This document shows positions 13,671 to 15,744 of a DNA stretch of 15,744 nt, one piece after another. A program made the translations under genes and the position numbers. This DNA comes from Candidatus Hadarchaeota archaeon (GTDB lineage Archaea; CAYQAE01; CAYVLA01), in contig CAYVLA010000044.1 in assembly GCA_964452145.1 (NCBI GenBank), forward strand, positions 1 to 15,744, given 5' to 3'. How positions within the stretch are numbered: the stretch's first letter is position 1; each line of letters starts with the position of its first letter. The notes below the pieces were generated by a model. That model was not told the DNA's origin, ran no database searches, and was given only the letters and a program-made list of their open reading frames with translations.

Positions 13671-14495
13671 GTGAAGCTGGGCACGATAACCAAGAATATG
13701 CGGCAAAGATCCTTGGAGGAGATTGTCTCCATCACGTCCAAGATAGGATACCAAGCCATAGAGATATCGGCAAGACCCAACGAAAGACACGTTTTGGTCG
13801 ACCAAATCATCCAAGATGAGGGAAGGAACGTCCTAGAGATCGTCAACGGCGGCGGGCTAATGATTTCTGCGCTAAGCTGCCATCTGAATCTGCTTGACCC
13901 CGAGAAAGGACCGGAGTTCCGAACCCACTTCGACAAGGTGATCCGGGCCGCCTCGGTTCTAGGCGTCCCCGTCGTGACCGGGCTCCCCGGGCTGGCGCAA
14001 ACCGAAAAGGCGGAAGACGCATTCAACCTGCTAGTGGAGGCCTGGACCCCCCGCCTGGAGCTGGCAGAGACGCTAGGCATAAAGGTGGCCCTGGAGGCGT
14101 TCCCACCCCACATCGTCTACAACATGCCCACCATGACGAAGCTGTTCGAGCTCCTGGACAATCCGGGCTTCGGTCTGAACTTCGACCCCTCGCACGGTGC
14201 CTGGCAGGGGATCGACAACCATCTGATCGTGCGCGCCTTCGGGAGAAGGATCTTCCACGCCCATGCCAAGGACGCCGAGATCCTCCAGGACAGGCTAAAG
14301 GAGGTAGGCACGATGGGAACGGGATGGTGGCGCTTCAGAATTCCTGGCTTTGGCATGGTTGACTGGAAAAGACTGATATCGGACCTGAAGGAAGCCGGAT
14401 ACGACTATGCACTATCCTTTGAGCACGAAGACAAGACGTTCGGCGATCTTGAGGGCACTGAGAAAGCATATGAATTCCTCAGGGAGCTGATCTGA
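13671..14495 (+). CDS. Sugar phosphate isomerase/epimerase (xylose isomerase-like TIM barrel)
   Basis: VALEA, GLNFDPSH, IFHAHAKD, WRFRIPGFGMVDW and LSFEHED. GTG start with an SD-like AGGTGGTGA upstream. Confidence 0.92.
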   Translation: MKLGTITKNMRQRSLEEIVSITSKIGYQAIEISARPNERHVLVDQIIQDEGRNVLEIVNGGGLMISALSCHLNLLDPEKGPEFRTHFDKVIRAASVLGVPVVTGLPGLAQTEKAEDAFNLLVEAWTPRLELAETLGIKVALEAFPPHIVYNMPTMTKLFELLDNPGFGLNFDPSHGAWQGIDNHLIVRAFGRRIFHAHAKDAEILQDRLKEVGTMGTGWWRFRIPGFGMVDWKRLISDLKEAGYDYALSFEHEDKTFGDLEGTEKAYEFLRELI

Positions 14496-15490
14496 TGGTC
14501 CTGCGCGCGGGGGTCATAGGACTTGGCGTCGGCAAGAGTCACGTCTCTGCATATCACAGGGCCCAAGGCGTGGAGCTGGCCGCGGTCGCCGACCTCAACC
14601 CCGAGGTTTTAGCCAAGTTCTCATCGGCCTCAGTCAAAGGCTATTCCTCAGGAGAGGACATGCTCGAGCGGGAACCACTGGACATCGTCAGCATCTGCAC
14701 GCCTCCCAAGCACCACGCCGACCTCACTGTCCGCGCAACGGAGCGGGGGATCGACGTCCTCTGCGAGAAGCCCATGGCACCAAACCTTGGAGACTGCGAC
14801 AGAATGATCGAGTCAGCGTCAAGAGCGGGCCGCAAGCTGATGATAGGTTTCAAGAAACGGTTCGAGCCTGCGTACAACCTGTTGAAGGAGGCCTTCAAGG
14901 GGGGGTTTGACCTTCCCTACATGTCTCACTACACCTACGTCTGCACCGGCGGCGTGAGGAAAGCATGGTTCTGGGAGGAGAAGGACGGCGGCGGACCGAT
15001 AGTTGAGAACACCTGCCACGCGGTGGACATCCTGAGATACCTGCTTGGAGACGTTGACCGAGTCTATGCGGAAGCAGATAACAGCCTTGCCCGCGAAGCC
15101 GGCATACAGCAGATAGACTCGGCCGTCTTCACCCTCAGGTTCAGGAACCGCTGCATGGCGGGCGTCTGCGCCGGAGCATGGGCCAGAGGCCCCCTCAAGG
15201 GAGAAAGACTCATTATGTACTCCAAGCGGGGGATAGCCGAGATATCAGGCGAGTTCGAGCGACCCAGGCTGTTGAGGATTGCGCCCTACGAGGGCGGAGG
15301 GGAACAGCGCCATGACATCGAGGATGCCGACCCCTTCAGAGACGAGGTTCAACACTTCGTCGAATGCGTCAGGTGCGACCTCGACCCCGTCGCGACGGGG
15401 ATGGACGGCCGGAAGGCCTTGGAGGTTACACTTGCGGTCAAGGAGTCTGCAAGGACGTGCCGGCCCGTCAGTATCGGGTCCCCGCATTGA
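14495..15490 (+). CDS. Gfo/Idh/MocA family NAD(P)-dependent oxidoreductase
   Basis: Rossmann motif GVIGLGVG, ICTPPKHH, VLCEKPMA, GFKKRF and GGGPIVENTCHAVD. TGATG stop/start overlap with the upstream gene. Confidence 0.95.
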   Translation: MVLRAGVIGLGVGKSHVSAYHRAQGVELAAVADLNPEVLAKFSSASVKGYSSGEDMLEREPLDIVSICTPPKHHADLTVRATERGIDVLCEKPMAPNLGDCDRMIESASRAGRKLMIGFKKRFEPAYNLLKEAFKGGFDLPYMSHYTYVCTGGVRKAWFWEEKDGGGPIVENTCHAVDILRYLLGDVDRVYAEADNSLAREAGIQQIDSAVFTLRFRNRCMAGVCAGAWARGPLKGERLIMYSKRGIAEISGEFERPRLLRIAPYEGGGEQRHDIEDADPFRDEVQHFVECVRCDLDPVATGMDGRKALEVTLAVKESARTCRPVSIGSPH

Positions 15491-15669
15491 CCTAGGATGA
15501 ACCTGCACCGACCCCACGCGAACCGGGGATGCCGACATCCGCTTCATGCCGTGCTGCGACTTCCAGAACCGACCCGAAGTCGCCCTCTCCAGATGCCGCG
15601 AGTTGGTGACCGTTCTCGGAGACTGCTGGAGATGGGAGCACTGCAAAACGCTATTGGGAAGAAAGAACA

Positions 15670-15744
15670 ATGAAGCAAGGAAAGGTATACCTGGTTGGCG
15701 CCGGTCCTGGAGACCCGGGCTTGCTCACGCTGAAGGGCTTGGAG
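15670..15744 (+). CDS. cobA: Uroporphyrinogen-III C-methyltransferase (3'-partial)
   Basis: [25 protein letters not shown] matches the N-terminal signature of SUMT/CobA tetrapyrrole methyltransferases. The ORF runs off the window end. Confidence 0.85.
   Translation, partial: MKQGKVYLVGAGPGDPGLLTLKGLE

Noticed and set aside
15636..15662. CACTG...GGGAAG resembling part of a cobalamin riboswitch upstream of cobA
   Set aside because: The B12 box and upstream conserved elements are absent, and the start codon follows immediately.
1..15744. CRISPR array, rRNA, transposase/integrase, and the many short antisense ORFs in the track
   Set aside because: I saw no regularly spaced direct repeats, rRNA signatures or DDE/tyrosine recombinase motifs by eye. 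The antisense ORFs lie within well-supported genes, as expected in GC-rich DNA.

Overview
Probable archaeal DNA, inferred from TATA-like boxes about 25 nt before start codons and archaeal-type surface protein architecture; the lineage cannot be fixed from sequence alone. The window has three zones. (1) 1-5.3 kb is a decaying accessory region: the 3' end of an ABC-2 permease, a DUF362 protein, a 5'-truncated trpA lacking its catalytic N-terminus, a shattered VapC/PIN pseudogene, an apparently intact AbrB-PIN toxin-antitoxin pair, a secreted FecR-like gene broken by an exact 5-bp duplication, and further gene remnants. (2) 5.4-8.6 kb holds an unusual 966-aa family-5 (DppA/OppA-like) solute-binding protein carried on two B-repeat-like beta domains, an approximately 214-aa coiled-coil stalk and a C-terminal membrane anchor. 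No permease or ATPase gene is adjacent, and a convergent ArsR-type HTH regulator follows it. (3) 8.9-15.5 kb is a carbohydrate-utilisation cluster: an uncharacterised GH-like TIM barrel, a GH172/DUF2961 glycosidase, an unknown beta-rich protein, two xylose-isomerase-like TIM barrels and a Gfo/Idh/MocA oxidoreductase. The window ends in the start of uroporphyrinogen-III C-methyltransferase. I saw no CRISPR array, rRNA, complete tRNA or transposase. All family calls are by-eye motif recognition, not database results.
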